DNA of 52,534 bases. Source: Pseudomonadota bacterium. GTDB lineage: Bacteria; Pseudomonadota; Gammaproteobacteria; Burkholderiales; SG8-39. Both the position numbers and the translations under genes were made by a program. Within the stretch, counting starts at the first letter, position 1. Every line of letters begins with the position of its first letter. The notes beneath the pieces are model-generated. The model did no database searches. It was not told the DNA's origin and was given only the letters and a program-made list of their open reading frames with translations. Location of the stretch: positions 1 through 52,534 of the forward strand of contig JAKALD010000001.1 of NCBI GenBank assembly GCA_021813275.1, written 5' to 3'. Shown here piece after piece: positions 17,465 through 25,875 of this stretch.

Positions 17465-18496
17465 TTACTGCCAGTGGATCGCCTTCTCGGCGCGGTCGAG
17501 GTAGCTGTAGTCGATGTACTTGTTCATCCAGCCGTCGATGTCCTTGCCGAAGGAAGCCGGGATCTTCTTCGCGTCGATGACCGACTTCAGGATGATCCGT
17601 GTCGAGGGCATGTCGATCCGCGGGTCGGTCACGATGATCGACTTCATGGCATCCAGCACGATCGGCACTCCCTTGGGATTGTTCATCTTCTTGGCGACGA
17701 TCTCGGCCACCTGTTGCGGCGAGTGCTCCTTGATCCACTTCATGCCGCGCAGCGTCGCTTCCACGAAGCCTTCGACGGCCTTCGGGTGTGCTTTGGCGAA
17801 GGCCGGTGACACGATCACCTCGAGGCTTTCCGCGTTCTTGATCGGCGGAAGCTGGGCGATGTAGTGCAGCGCCGGGTTCTGGTGGATCGCGGTCGCGGCG
17901 GCGGGCTCCCACGAGATGAACGCGGCGATCTCACCCTTTTGCGCCATGACGGCGAAGTCCGATACCTTGGCGAACACCCGCTGGAACTTGATGTGCTGGG
18001 TGTTCTCGACGTAGGTCAGCACCGCATCCTGCACCGTACCCAGGCCGGGGCTGCCGACCTTCTGTCCGTTGAGCTCCTTGTACGAGTGGTACTTCTTGAG
18101 GCCCACCAGCGGGGCGTTGTACTTGGTGACCGACATCAGCATCTTGAAGTCCTGCCCGCGCGCGGCCATCTCCATGAACGGCGCGAGTCCGGCGGCGATC
18201 ATGTCGATCTCGCCGTTGGCGAAATGCAGCAGCCCTTCCGGGCCATTGTTGAAGGTGTGGCGCTCGATCTTGATGCCTGCGTCGGTGTAGTAGCCGAGCG
18301 CGTCGGCGACCCAGATGTTGGCGTAGTCGGCCTCCGAGCCGATCTCGTCACCCAGGCGTACGGTGGTGAGTGTCTTGCCGCCCTGAGCCCACACCGACGG
18401 CGTGACGCTCAGCGCGAGCCCGAATGCAAAGGCGGCCCCGAGCAGGCTGGAGAACAGCCGGCGTCCGCGGCGCGATACACGATCAGCGAATTGCAT
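17465..18496 (-). CDS. ABC transporter substrate-binding protein, NitT/TauT (NMT1/THI5-like) family
   Basis: 343 aa. It has an N-terminal signal peptide (LLGAAFAFGLALSVTPSVWA) and lies next to a matching permease and ATPase. Confidence 0.8.
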   Translation of the reverse strand: MQFADRVSRRGRRLFSSLLGAAFAFGLALSVTPSVWAQGGKTLTTVRLGDEIGSEADYANIWVADALGYYTDAGIKIERHTFNNGPEGLLHFANGEIDMIAAGLAPFMEMAARGQDFKMLMSVTKYNAPLVGLKKYHSYKELNGQKVGSPGLGTVQDAVLTYVENTQHIKFQRVFAKVSDFAVMAQKGEIAAFISWEPAAATAIHQNPALHYIAQLPPIKNAESLEVIVSPAFAKAHPKAVEGFVEATLRGMKWIKEHSPQQVAEIVAKKMNNPKGVPIVLDAMKSIIVTDPRIDMPSTRIILKSVIDAKKIPASFGKDIDGWMNKYIDYSYLDRAEKAIHWQ

Positions 18497-18583
18497 TTTC
18501 TTCCCTCCTCCGAGTTATCAGCTACCACTTCGACCCAGCGCGCGGCGCAGGCGCAGCGCGCCACATCCGTATGCCCGGTGGAC

Positions 18584-19378
18584 CTATCGACCGGAGCGCG
18601 ACGGCAAGGCGGAATTCAGCAGGCTGGCGAACTGCGTGCGCAGCCGCATGAACTCGGGGCTCAAGGTGTTGCGCGGCCGCGGCAGCGTGATCGGCACGTC
18701 GGCCAGGATCCGCGCCGGCTTGGCCGACAGCACGATGGTCCGATCCCCGAGGAACACGGCCTCCTCGAGGTTGTGCGTCACGAAGATGATGGTCCCCTTC
18801 TTGCGCTCCCAGATGCTCAGCACCTCGGCCTGCATCCGCTCGCGCGTGGGTTGATCGAGGCTGACGAATGGCTCGTCCATGAGGATGACGTCAGCGTCCG
18901 TGGCGAAGGCGCGCGCGATCGCCACGCGCTGCTTCATGCCGCCCGAGATCTGGTGCGGGTAATAGTCCTCGTAGCCGCGCAGATTGACGACCCCAAGAAT
19001 GTCGTCGACCACCCGCCTCACCTCGGCCTCGGGACGCTTTTTGATGCGCAGCCCGACGGCCACGTTGTTGCGCACGGTGAGCCACGGCAGGGTCGATGGC
19101 TCCTGAAATACGAACGAAATGTTGTGCCGCTTCGGATCCACCGGCTCGCCGTGGACCAGGACGCGCCCGCGGGTGGGCTTCAGCAGGCCGGCCAGGATGT
19201 CGAGCAGCGTGGTCTTGCCGCAGCCGCTCGGACCGCACAGACAGAGGAACTCGTTCTCGCGGACCGCGAACTGCAGCCCGTCGTGCACGCATAGCGCGCC
19301 GAAGCTGTGCGCGATGTCCACGTCCACCTTCACCTCGCGCGCGGCGGCGTCCCGCGGCCTGGGGAGCGTAGCCATCAT
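18584..19378 (-). CDS. ABC transporter ATP-binding protein, NitT/TauT family
   Basis: 264 aa after trimming to MMATLPRP. Walker A GPSGCGKTT, signature ISGGMKQRVAIARA and Walker B ILMDEPF are present. Confidence 0.85.
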   Translation of the reverse strand: MMATLPRPRDAAAREVKVDVDIAHSFGALCVHDGLQFAVRENEFLCLCGPSGCGKTTLLDILAGLLKPTRGRVLVHGEPVDPKRHNISFVFQEPSTLPWLTVRNNVAVGLRIKKRPEAEVRRVVDDILGVVNLRGYEDYYPHQISGGMKQRVAIARAFATDADVILMDEPFVSLDQPTRERMQAEVLSIWERKKGTIIFVTHNLEEAVFLGDRTIVLSAKPARILADVPITLPRPRNTLSPEFMRLRTQFASLLNSALPSRSGR

Positions 19379-19380
19379 GC

Positions 19381-20247
19381 CTACAGCGTCACCTGCCAGC
19401 GCCACCGAAAGAGGTATTTCTCCAGCAGCAGCAAGATCTCGTTCAGCACGAACCCGATCAGCCCGATCAGCACCATGGAGACGACCACCTCGGGAATGCG
19501 CAGCAGCTCGGAGTAGTTCACCATCATGCGGCCGAGGCCGATCGGCGTACCTCCGGTGAGCTCGGCGGCGACGATCGTCATCCATGCGGTGCCCAAGCCG
19601 ACTCGCATGCCTCCGAGGATGTCTGGCAGGACGGTCGGCACCACGATGCGCGCAAGCACGTAGGCCTTGGTTGCGCCGTAGACCAGCGCCACTTTGCGGT
19701 GAATCGGCTCAACGCGCGCCACGCCGATCAGGGTCGCCGTAAACACGGGGAAGAAGGCGCCGAGGAAGATCAGGAACGCGTAGCGCGTCAGGCCGGTGAA
19801 CAGGATGATGGCGAGCGGGATCCACGCGATCGGCGGAATGAAGCGGAAGGGCTCGATCACGGCACGAACGTTGCGGTAGACGGAGTTGTACAGCCCCATG
19901 AGCAGGCCGAGCGGCACCCCGAACACGACGCCGAGGCCGAAGCCGACGAGCAGGCGGTACACGCTCGCCCAGATGTGGCTCCACAGGCTGTTACCGAGCA
20001 CGTCGCCGTGGCGGGCCAGATCGATGAACGCTTCGTAAATCGCGGCCGGCCCTGGCAGGTACGGCGAGTGATACTCGGCGGCGCCGATCTGCCACACGAC
20101 GAGCGCGACGGCGAGCGACACGCAGTTCCACAGCACCGTCCACCAGCGGGAACGAGCTCTCGGCCCGGACGGCGCAACCGCGGCCGGCGGCGCCGGCTCC
20201 TGCGGCTCCGCCCGCACGCTGCTCAGCACCGGCGCGTGCCCGGACAT
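19381..20247 (-). CDS. ABC transporter permease, NitT/TauT family
   Basis: 288 aa after trimming to MSGHAPVL. It has multiple hydrophobic helices and the EAA-like loop VYGATKAYVLARIVVPTVLP. Confidence 0.8.
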   Translation of the reverse strand: MSGHAPVLSSVRAEPQEPAPPAAVAPSGPRARSRWWTVLWNCVSLAVALVVWQIGAAEYHSPYLPGPAAIYEAFIDLARHGDVLGNSLWSHIWASVYRLLVGFGLGVVFGVPLGLLMGLYNSVYRNVRAVIEPFRFIPPIAWIPLAIILFTGLTRYAFLIFLGAFFPVFTATLIGVARVEPIHRKVALVYGATKAYVLARIVVPTVLPDILGGMRVGLGTAWMTIVAAELTGGTPIGLGRMMVNYSELLRIPEVVVSMVLIGLIGFVLNEILLLLEKYLFRWRWQVTL

Positions 20248-20415
20248 CAGGATCGCATCCCGGCTCGCGAGCGCAGGGACGTGCCACGCCGCGACGCGGG
20301 CCGCGCTTTGGCTTGGCGCTGCAGATGCATCACTCCTCCTCGTTCCGGGACCCGCTCGGCGCGCAGCCCTGCGCGCTCGGCGAAGCCGCGCCGTTCGTCC
20401 GCGGTAGACGCTACT

Positions 20416-20425
20416 ACTATATAGT
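20416..20425. promoter_or_regulatory. Perfect 10-bp palindrome ACTATATAGT in the divergent permease/GntR intergenic region (candidate GntR/HutC-type operator or -10 element)
   Basis: The palindrome was read directly from the sequence. It sits in an AT-rich island within an otherwise GC-rich spacer. Confidence 0.25.
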
Positions 20426-20443
20426 TTTGGTGTCAACGCAAAC

Positions 20444-20456
20444 GGCAAACGTTTTC
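20444..20456. promoter_or_regulatory. LacI-type operator-like motif GGCAAACGTTTTC
   Basis: It is identical to the 13-mer at 25626-25638 and closely resembles the perfect palindrome GCAAACGTTTGC at 25787-25798. Confidence 0.4.
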
Positions 20457-20534
20457 GCTGCGACCCGCGGTCCCGCCCGCGACGCAAGGAAGCGGTATGC
20501 TAACCGTCGCCGTCGCCAAGGCCGACATCCCGAC

Positions 20535-21386
20535 ATGAGCCCCGCGCCACCGGAACGCCGGCCCGAGAAGTTCTTCGCCAAGTACCGGCCGAGCGTCGCC
20601 CACGGCGGCCCGAAATATCGGATCCTGCGCGACGCCCTCATCGCGGCGATCGAGGACGGCTACTGGGAAGTCGGCGACCGACTTCCGACCGAGCTGGAGC
20701 TGACGGCGATGACGCCTTACAGCCTCGGAACCGTGCAGCGCGCGATCCAGGCCCTGGTCGCCGAAGGTTTCGTCACCCGCAAGCCGCGCAGCGGCAGTTT
20801 CGTTGCTCCCGGGCACCGGCGCATCGGCGGCCCCTGGCTGTTCCGCTTCCTGGCCGAGGACGGGAGCGGTTTTCTCCCGATGTTCACCAAGGTGGTCGCC
20901 CGTCGGCAGGTGAAGGAGCGCGGCCAGTGGTTCGACTGGCTGACGCAGGGCGAGCCGCGCAAGCGGCTATTGCGCATCGACCGGCATATCCGGGTCGACA
21001 GCGAGCTGATTGCGTTCAACCGCGTCTATCTGGATCCCCAGCGCTATCCCGTGATTGCCTCCGCCCCGACCCGGGAGCTGGACGGCGCCAACTTCGTGCA
21101 CATGATCGAGCACGCCTACCGCCTGCCGGTAAACCACATCGCGCATACCGTGCGTTGCGCGATGCTGCCCGAGGTGGCGCGGCGCGCAATCGGCTTGAAG
21201 AAGCGCACGCTCGGCACGATTGTCGAGATCGCCGCGAGCGCCGGGCGGAGCCGCCCGGTGTCCTACCAACAAATCTTCGTGCCGCCGACCGCCTATCGTC
21301 TCTACATTTCGGAGACGAGCGCGGACTGGCACACCACGCGCTCGGGCGAGCCGCTGCCCGAGGCGCGCGGGGCCGCCTCCGGTTAG
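20535..21386 (+). CDS. GntR family transcriptional regulator (HutC/UTRA-type)
   Basis: 283 aa after trimming to MSPAPPER. The winged helix-turn-helix reads LPTELELTAMTPYSLGTVQRAIQALVAEGFVTRKPRSGSFV and is followed by a UTRA-like effector domain. Confidence 0.8.
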   Translation: MSPAPPERRPEKFFAKYRPSVAHGGPKYRILRDALIAAIEDGYWEVGDRLPTELELTAMTPYSLGTVQRAIQALVAEGFVTRKPRSGSFVAPGHRRIGGPWLFRFLAEDGSGFLPMFTKVVARRQVKERGQWFDWLTQGEPRKRLLRIDRHIRVDSELIAFNRVYLDPQRYPVIASAPTRELDGANFVHMIEHAYRLPVNHIAHTVRCAMLPEVARRAIGLKKRTLGTIVEIAASAGRSRPVSYQQIFVPPTAYRLYISETSADWHTTRSGEPLPEARGAASG

Positions 21387-22327
21387 GCGCAGGAGCCGCC
21401 CGCCAGCGTTTCGGATAGGAAACGCGCCGCCAGCGCATGCGCTGCGCGCGCGCCCCGCACCATTCCGCCCATATTGAAGAAGCCGTGGATCATGCCGGGG
21501 AAGACCTCGAGCGAGACATCGTTGCCGGCACCTGCCAGGGCCCCGGCATAGGCTCGGGCATCGTCGGCCAGCGGATCGCACTCCGCGGCGATGATCAGGC
21601 AGCGCGGCTGCCCGGCGAGGGTGCGCGCCGCAACCGGTGCGAATCGCGGGTCGTCGTCCCGGTCGCGCCCCTGCGTGTAGTTCCGATAGAACCACTCGAG
21701 GTCGTTGAGGGTCAAGAAATGGCCCTCTGCAAACTGTTGCTTCGAGGCGCTCGGCCTTCGCCCGATGGCGCTCGGGTAGACGAGGATCTGCGCCGCGGGA
21801 AGCGGCAGATCAGCCTCACGCGCGCGCAGCGACACGACGGCCGCGAGGGTCGCACCGGCGCTGTCGCCCGCGATCGCCAGATTCGCCGGCCGCTCCGCGC
21901 CCTCGCCCAAGCGCGCCAGCGCCCAATCGTACGCGCGCACGGCGTCGTCGACCGCAGCTGGAAACGGATGCTCCGGCGCGAGCCGGTAGCCCGCCGAGAA
22001 CACTCTGCAACCGCAGCGCGCCGCGAACATGCGGCAGACAATGTCGCTCGTCTCGATGCTGCCCACGCAGTAGCCGCCGCCGTGCAGCCACAGCAATCCG
22101 CCGGCGCCCGGAGCACGCCTCTCCGGTGCGTACTCGCGCACGACCAGCCCGGCTCCGAGCGGCTCATCGCTCGCCGCGACCGACGGCTCGGGCGCGAGGT
22201 CGAGCAGGCGCAAGCCCTTGTCGTAGGCCTTGCGAGCCGCGTCGATCGGCTGTGTCCATAGCGGCGGCGTGTTGTTGCGCCGCATGCCCTCCAGGATGCG
22301 CGCGACGTCCGGGTCGAGCCCTTGCAT
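21383..22327 (-). CDS. Alpha/beta hydrolase, hormone-sensitive-lipase (Abhydrolase_3) family esterase
   Basis: The oxyanion motif is LHGGGY and the nucleophile elbow is GDSAGA. The acid and His residues fall in CDPLADD and IHGFF. Start chosen at MQGLDPDV (22327); the track ORF begins at 22363, overlapping the upstream gene. Confidence 0.8.
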   Translation of the reverse strand: MQGLDPDVARILEGMRRNNTPPLWTQPIDAARKAYDKGLRLLDLAPEPSVAASDEPLGAGLVVREYAPERRAPGAGGLLWLHGGGYCVGSIETSDIVCRMFAARCGCRVFSAGYRLAPEHPFPAAVDDAVRAYDWALARLGEGAERPANLAIAGDSAGATLAAVVSLRAREADLPLPAAQILVYPSAIGRRPSASKQQFAEGHFLTLNDLEWFYRNYTQGRDRDDDPRFAPVAARTLAGQPRCLIIAAECDPLADDARAYAGALAGAGNDVSLEVFPGMIHGFFNMGGMVRGARAAHALAARFLSETLAGGSCA

Positions 22328-22335
22328 GGCCGGAA

Positions 22336-22578
22336 TCAAGGCGCGGCCGGCTCCACGCGGCACACGACGCCACCGACCTCCACGATGTCCTCGACGTTCG
22401 CGACAATCTCGACCAGCTTGCCGTCGAACGGCGCCGGGATCTCGGTGGCGACCTTCTCGGTCTCGATGTCGTAGAGCGGCTCGCCTTGCTTGAACGGATC
22501 TCCTGGCCCCTTGTGCCAGACCTTGATCGTGGCCTCTTCCATGTTCATTCCGATCCTGCCGAGCTTCAGCTCAACCAT
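22336..22578 (-). CDS. Free-standing lipoyl-attachment domain protein
   Basis: 80 aa, consisting of a single biotin/lipoyl-attachment fold. The lipoyl-lysine context is DIETEKVATEI, resembling the canonical ETDKA motif. The protein ends in a linker-like EPAAP. Its start overlaps the E1 beta stop by 8 nt. Confidence 0.8.
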   Translation of the reverse strand: MVELKLGRIGMNMEEATIKVWHKGPGDPFKQGEPLYDIETEKVATEIPAPFDGKLVEIVANVEDIVEVGGVVCRVEPAAP

Positions 22579-23563
22579 GGCGGCGCGCTCCTTCGGAGCC
22601 GGCGATCTCGAGCACCGCGCCGACTATCCTCTGGTGACCGGGTATCACGGCCTTCTCCAGCACCGGCGAATACGGGATCGCGACGTCCTCGACCGCGACG
22701 CGCCTGATCGGCGCCTTGAGCAGGTGAAAGCCACGCTCGGCCACGGTCGCGGCGATCTCGCTCGCGACACTGCACGACTTGCGCGCCTCGTCGACCACGA
22801 CCAGGCGGCCGGTGCGGCGCAGCGAGCCGAGGATGGCGTCGTAGTCCATGGGCACCACCGTGCGCGGATCGATCAGGCTCGCGGAGATACCCTGCTTCGC
22901 CAGCTCGTCGCAGGCCTTGAGCGCGGGCTTCACCATGCTGCCGAGCGCCACCACGGTGACGTCGTCACCGGCGCGCTTCTCCTCCGCCTTGCCGAGCGGA
23001 ATCACGTAGTCGCCGTCGGGCACCTCGCCGGCCTCGCCGCCGCGGCCGGCGGCCTGCAGAAGGAACACGGGGTTGTCGTCGCGAAGCGCGGCCTTGACCA
23101 GGCCCTTGGCATCGCCCGGCGCAGCCGGCATGACGATCTTGACGCCACCGAGGTTCATCAGCAGCGGATGCATGCTGTCGGAGTGCTGGGCCGCGACCGA
23201 GCGCCCGCCGCCGATCATCGCCATGTACAGGATCGGCAGCTTCACCTGCCCGCCGAGCATGTAGCGCAGCTTCGCCGCCTGGTTCGCGATCGCGTCGAAG
23301 CCGGTGTAGATGAAGTTGCCGTAGAACAGATGGCAGATCACGCGCAGGCCGGTGGCCGCCGCGCCCACCGCCATGCCGCTCATGACCGACTCCGAGATCG
23401 GCGTGTTGCGCACCCGCGCCGCCCCGAAGCGCTCGATCAGCCCGCGCGTGTCGCCCACCGGGCTGATGTGCACGTCCTCGCCCATCACGATGATCGACGG
23501 GTCGCGCTCCATTTCCTCGGCGATCGCCTCGTTGATCGCCTGCACCATGCGTTTCTTCGCCAT
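22571..23563 (-). CDS. 2-oxoacid/acetoin dehydrogenase E1 component, beta subunit
   Basis: 330 aa after trimming to MAKKRMVQAINEAI. It shows a transketolase-like pyrimidine-binding and C-terminal domain pattern (VRNTPISE..., PVFLL...). Confidence 0.9.
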   Translation of the reverse strand: MAKKRMVQAINEAIAEEMERDPSIIVMGEDVHISPVGDTRGLIERFGAARVRNTPISESVMSGMAVGAAATGLRVICHLFYGNFIYTGFDAIANQAAKLRYMLGGQVKLPILYMAMIGGGRSVAAQHSDSMHPLLMNLGGVKIVMPAAPGDAKGLVKAALRDDNPVFLLQAAGRGGEAGEVPDGDYVIPLGKAEEKRAGDDVTVVALGSMVKPALKACDELAKQGISASLIDPRTVVPMDYDAILGSLRRTGRLVVVDEARKSCSVASEIAATVAERGFHLLKAPIRRVAVEDVAIPYSPVLEKAVIPGHQRIVGAVLEIAGSEGARRHG

Positions 23564-23571
23564 CGGCTGCC

Positions 23572-24546
23572 TCACGCAAACATGTGTTGGAACGCCGCTT
23601 CCGGCTGCGGCCACGGCGCCGCGGCCGCGTACTCGAACGCCGCCTGCACCGCGGCGCGCTCCTTGTCCTCGGCGGCCGCGATCGCATCTGGCGCGATCCT
23701 CGCGCCGCGCAACGCCGCGAGCGCGACGCGCAGCGGCTCGCGCTCGCGGCGCCGCTCGACTTCCTCGTCGCTGCGGTAGCTCTTCGCGAGGAACGACTTC
23801 TCCGCCTCGACGTGACCGCGCAGGCGGTAGGTGCGCATCTCGAGGAGTGTCGCGCCACCGCCGCCGCGCGCGCGCTCGATCGCCTCGCCCGCCGCGGACC
23901 AGACTTCCCGCACGTCGTTGCCGTCGACCGGCTCGCCCGGTATGCCGAAAGGCGTGGCGCGCTTCCAGATCTCGCCCGCGGTCACCGTCGCTGTGGGCGA
24001 GAACTCCGAGAAGCCGTTGTTCTCGCACACCAGCACGAGCGGCAGCTTCCACAGCGCGGCGACGTTGAGCGATTCGAGCAGCACGCCCTGGTTCGCCGCG
24101 CCGTCGCCGAAGAAAACCACTGCCACGTTGCGCGTGCCGCGCGTCTGCGCCGACAGGGCCGCGCCGGTGGCGAGCGCGATGCCGCCGCCGACGATGCCGT
24201 TCGCGCCGAGGATGCCCTTCGAGACGTCGGCGACGTGCATCGACCCGCCCTTGCCCCCGCAGACCCCGGACGCGCGGCCGTAGACCTCGGCGACGAGCTT
24301 GCGGATTTCGTCGCTCTTGGCGAGGAAATGGCCGTGGCCGCGGTGCGTGCTGCAGATCCAGTCCTGGTCCGACAGGTGCGCGCACACCCCGACCGCCACG
24401 GCCTCCTGGCCGATGTACAGATGCACCGGGCCGGGCAGCTCGCCCGCCGCCTGCACCTGCGCCAGCCGCTCTTCGACCGTCCGGATGCGGAACATCCGGC
24501 CGTACAGCTCGAGCAGCTTCCCGCTTGTCAGTTCCTGAACGCTCAT
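23572..24546 (-). CDS. 2-oxoacid/acetoin dehydrogenase E1 component, alpha subunit (TPP-binding)
   Basis: 324 aa. The TPP motif is FFGDGAANQG...CENNGF, and THRGHGH is also present. Confidence 0.9.
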   Translation of the reverse strand: MSVQELTSGKLLELYGRMFRIRTVEERLAQVQAAGELPGPVHLYIGQEAVAVGVCAHLSDQDWICSTHRGHGHFLAKSDEIRKLVAEVYGRASGVCGGKGGSMHVADVSKGILGANGIVGGGIALATGAALSAQTRGTRNVAVVFFGDGAANQGVLLESLNVAALWKLPLVLVCENNGFSEFSPTATVTAGEIWKRATPFGIPGEPVDGNDVREVWSAAGEAIERARGGGGATLLEMRTYRLRGHVEAEKSFLAKSYRSDEEVERRREREPLRVALAALRGARIAPDAIAAAEDKERAAVQAAFEYAAAAPWPQPEAAFQHMFA

Positions 24547-24598
24547 ATGGTCGAATTCCTCGTTTTCGTTGAGGGTGATCCAATGCCCCCGCCGCGCC

Positions 24599-25630
24599 TC
24601 ACGCGGCTGGAGGCGGGGCGGTCGAGCTGCGCACGACCAGCTCGGCTTCGAGCCTCACGTGGTCGGGCGTCGGGGTTCCCGCGAGGCGCGCGACGAGGAA
24701 GTCCGCGGCGCACAGGCCGATCTCGGCCGCGGGCACTCGCATGGTGGTCAGCGATGGAACGATGTGTGAAGAAAGCTCGACGTCGTCGAAGCCGGCGATC
24801 GACAGCGACTGCGGTACGCTTACCCCCTGCGCGATGCACTCGTAGAGCGCGCCGTGCGCCAGGATGTCGTTGCCGCACACCACCGCGGTCGGCGGCTCAC
24901 GCTGAGCGAGCAGCATGCGCAGCGCGCTGCGCCCGTCCGCGATGCTGTACGGCCGCTCGACGATCCGCGCCGCCGGCAGCTTGATGCCGCGCGCCGCGAG
25001 CGCATCGACTAGGCCTGCCTTGCGCTGCGCCGCGCGGTCGTTACCGCGCGTGATGCCGGCGATCATGGCGAAGCGCCGGTGGCCGAGGTCGTACAGATAG
25101 TTCGCCAGGCGCATCATCGCCAGGCGATTGTCGAAACCGATGCACGGCGCCTGGCCCGCGCCGTCGTAGATCCAGGTGTGCACGAACGGGATCGCCCGCG
25201 CCTCGATCAGGCGCGCGACTTCGGAGCCGTGCTCGGCGCCCACCAGGACGATGCCGTCGATGCCGCGCTCGACGAGCGACTGCAGCTCCGCGGACTCGCG
25301 CTCGGCCTGGTAGTCCGTGCTCGCGAGCAGCAGCGTGTAGCCGTGCGTGTTGAGCCGGCTCTGCAGCGCGTGCAGGGCCTTCGCGAACATCGCGTTGTCG
25401 ATCGTCGGCACGATTGCGCCGATGGTGCCGAACTGCTTCGAGACGAGCGAGCGCGCCGCCCGATCGGGCACGTACTTCAGCGCCTCGGCCGTCGCGCGGA
25501 TGCGCGCGACGGTCTCGGCCTTGACGCGGCCCGGGTTAGTCAGCGCGCGGGAGACCGTGGCGATGGACACGCCCGCCTTGCGCGCGACGTCCTTGATGGT
25601 GGCGGATTTTCCGCCGGCCGCTCTAGGCAA
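24599..25630 (-). CDS. LacI family transcriptional regulator
   Basis: 343 aa. The N-terminal helix-turn-helix reads ATIKDVARKAGVSIATVSRAL and is followed by a periplasmic-binding-protein-like effector domain. The apparent start is a TTG, because no in-frame ATG lies near the N-terminus. Confidence 0.85.
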   Translation of the reverse strand: MPRAAGGKSATIKDVARKAGVSIATVSRALTNPGRVKAETVARIRATAEALKYVPDRAARSLVSKQFGTIGAIVPTIDNAMFAKALHALQSRLNTHGYTLLLASTDYQAERESAELQSLVERGIDGIVLVGAEHGSEVARLIEARAIPFVHTWIYDGAGQAPCIGFDNRLAMMRLANYLYDLGHRRFAMIAGITRGNDRAAQRKAGLVDALAARGIKLPAARIVERPYSIADGRSALRMLLAQREPPTAVVCGNDILAHGALYECIAQGVSVPQSLSIAGFDDVELSSHIVPSLTTMRVPAAEIGLCAADFLVARLAGTPTPDHVRLEAELVVRSSTAPPPAA

Positions 25631-25638
25631 ACGTTTTC
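25626..25638. promoter_or_regulatory. LacI-type operator-like motif GGCAAACGTTTTC overlapping the LacI start codon
   Basis: It is an 11/12 match to the palindrome GCAAACGTTTGC and is identical to 20444-20456. The position fits autoregulation. Confidence 0.4.
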
Positions 25639-25751
25639 CACCTTCTCAATCGAAACGTCGCGATTCTATCAAGGACCAGGCCGCGCGGCGGAGCGTCGAT
25701 TCGACACGTCCGGCGCCCCCTCCCCGTAACGACCGTTGTTTCGCGTTCTGC

Positions 25752-25781
25752 TTGACAAGCGGTCGCCGAGCCCGTTAGCGT
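25752..25781 (+). promoter_or_regulatory. Candidate sigma70 promoter of the SDR/ABC/beta-hydroxyacid dehydrogenase operon
   Basis: A perfect -35 TTGACA (25752-25757) is followed by an 18-nt spacer and TAGCGT (25776-25781). The operator palindrome lies immediately downstream. Confidence 0.4.
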
Positions 25782-25786
25782 TCCGT

Positions 25787-25798
25787 GCAAACGTTTGC
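25787..25798. promoter_or_regulatory. Perfect 12-bp palindrome GCAAACGTTTGC, candidate LacI-family operator
   Basis: It fits the LacI/GalR operator pattern with a central CG. It sits between the candidate -10 element and the first gene of the plus-strand operon, divergent from the LacI gene. Confidence 0.55.
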
Positions 25799-25875
25799 CA
25801 TTCGCGCCCGCCTGGAGAAAGAGCGGCCGAAGGCGCGGTCTTCTTGATTCGATTGCACCGGAGGTCGGAGCGCAC

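Noticed and set aside
17465-20247. The idea that the NitT/TauT transporter in the biotin operon is a bicarbonate importer feeding the carboxylase.
   Set aside because: The family label includes bicarbonate. However, the substrate-binding protein shows no feature I can tie to bicarbonate or nitrate binding by eye, and the operon lacks a biotin carboxylase to use bicarbonate. The idea is too speculative to report as a finding.
22336-22363. The possibility that the 80-aa lipoyl ORF and the esterase are one frameshifted AcoC-like E2 gene. The esterase frame stays open 28 nt into the lipoyl gene, and the combined length would be AcoC-like.
   Set aside because: The esterase has a complete HSL-family N-terminus starting at MQGLDPDV just after the lipoyl stop. 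It belongs to a different alpha/beta subfamily from the one I recall for AcoC. The short gap fits normal operon spacing. A sequencing indel cannot be excluded without the reads, so the possibility is kept as a refutation test in the corresponding finding.
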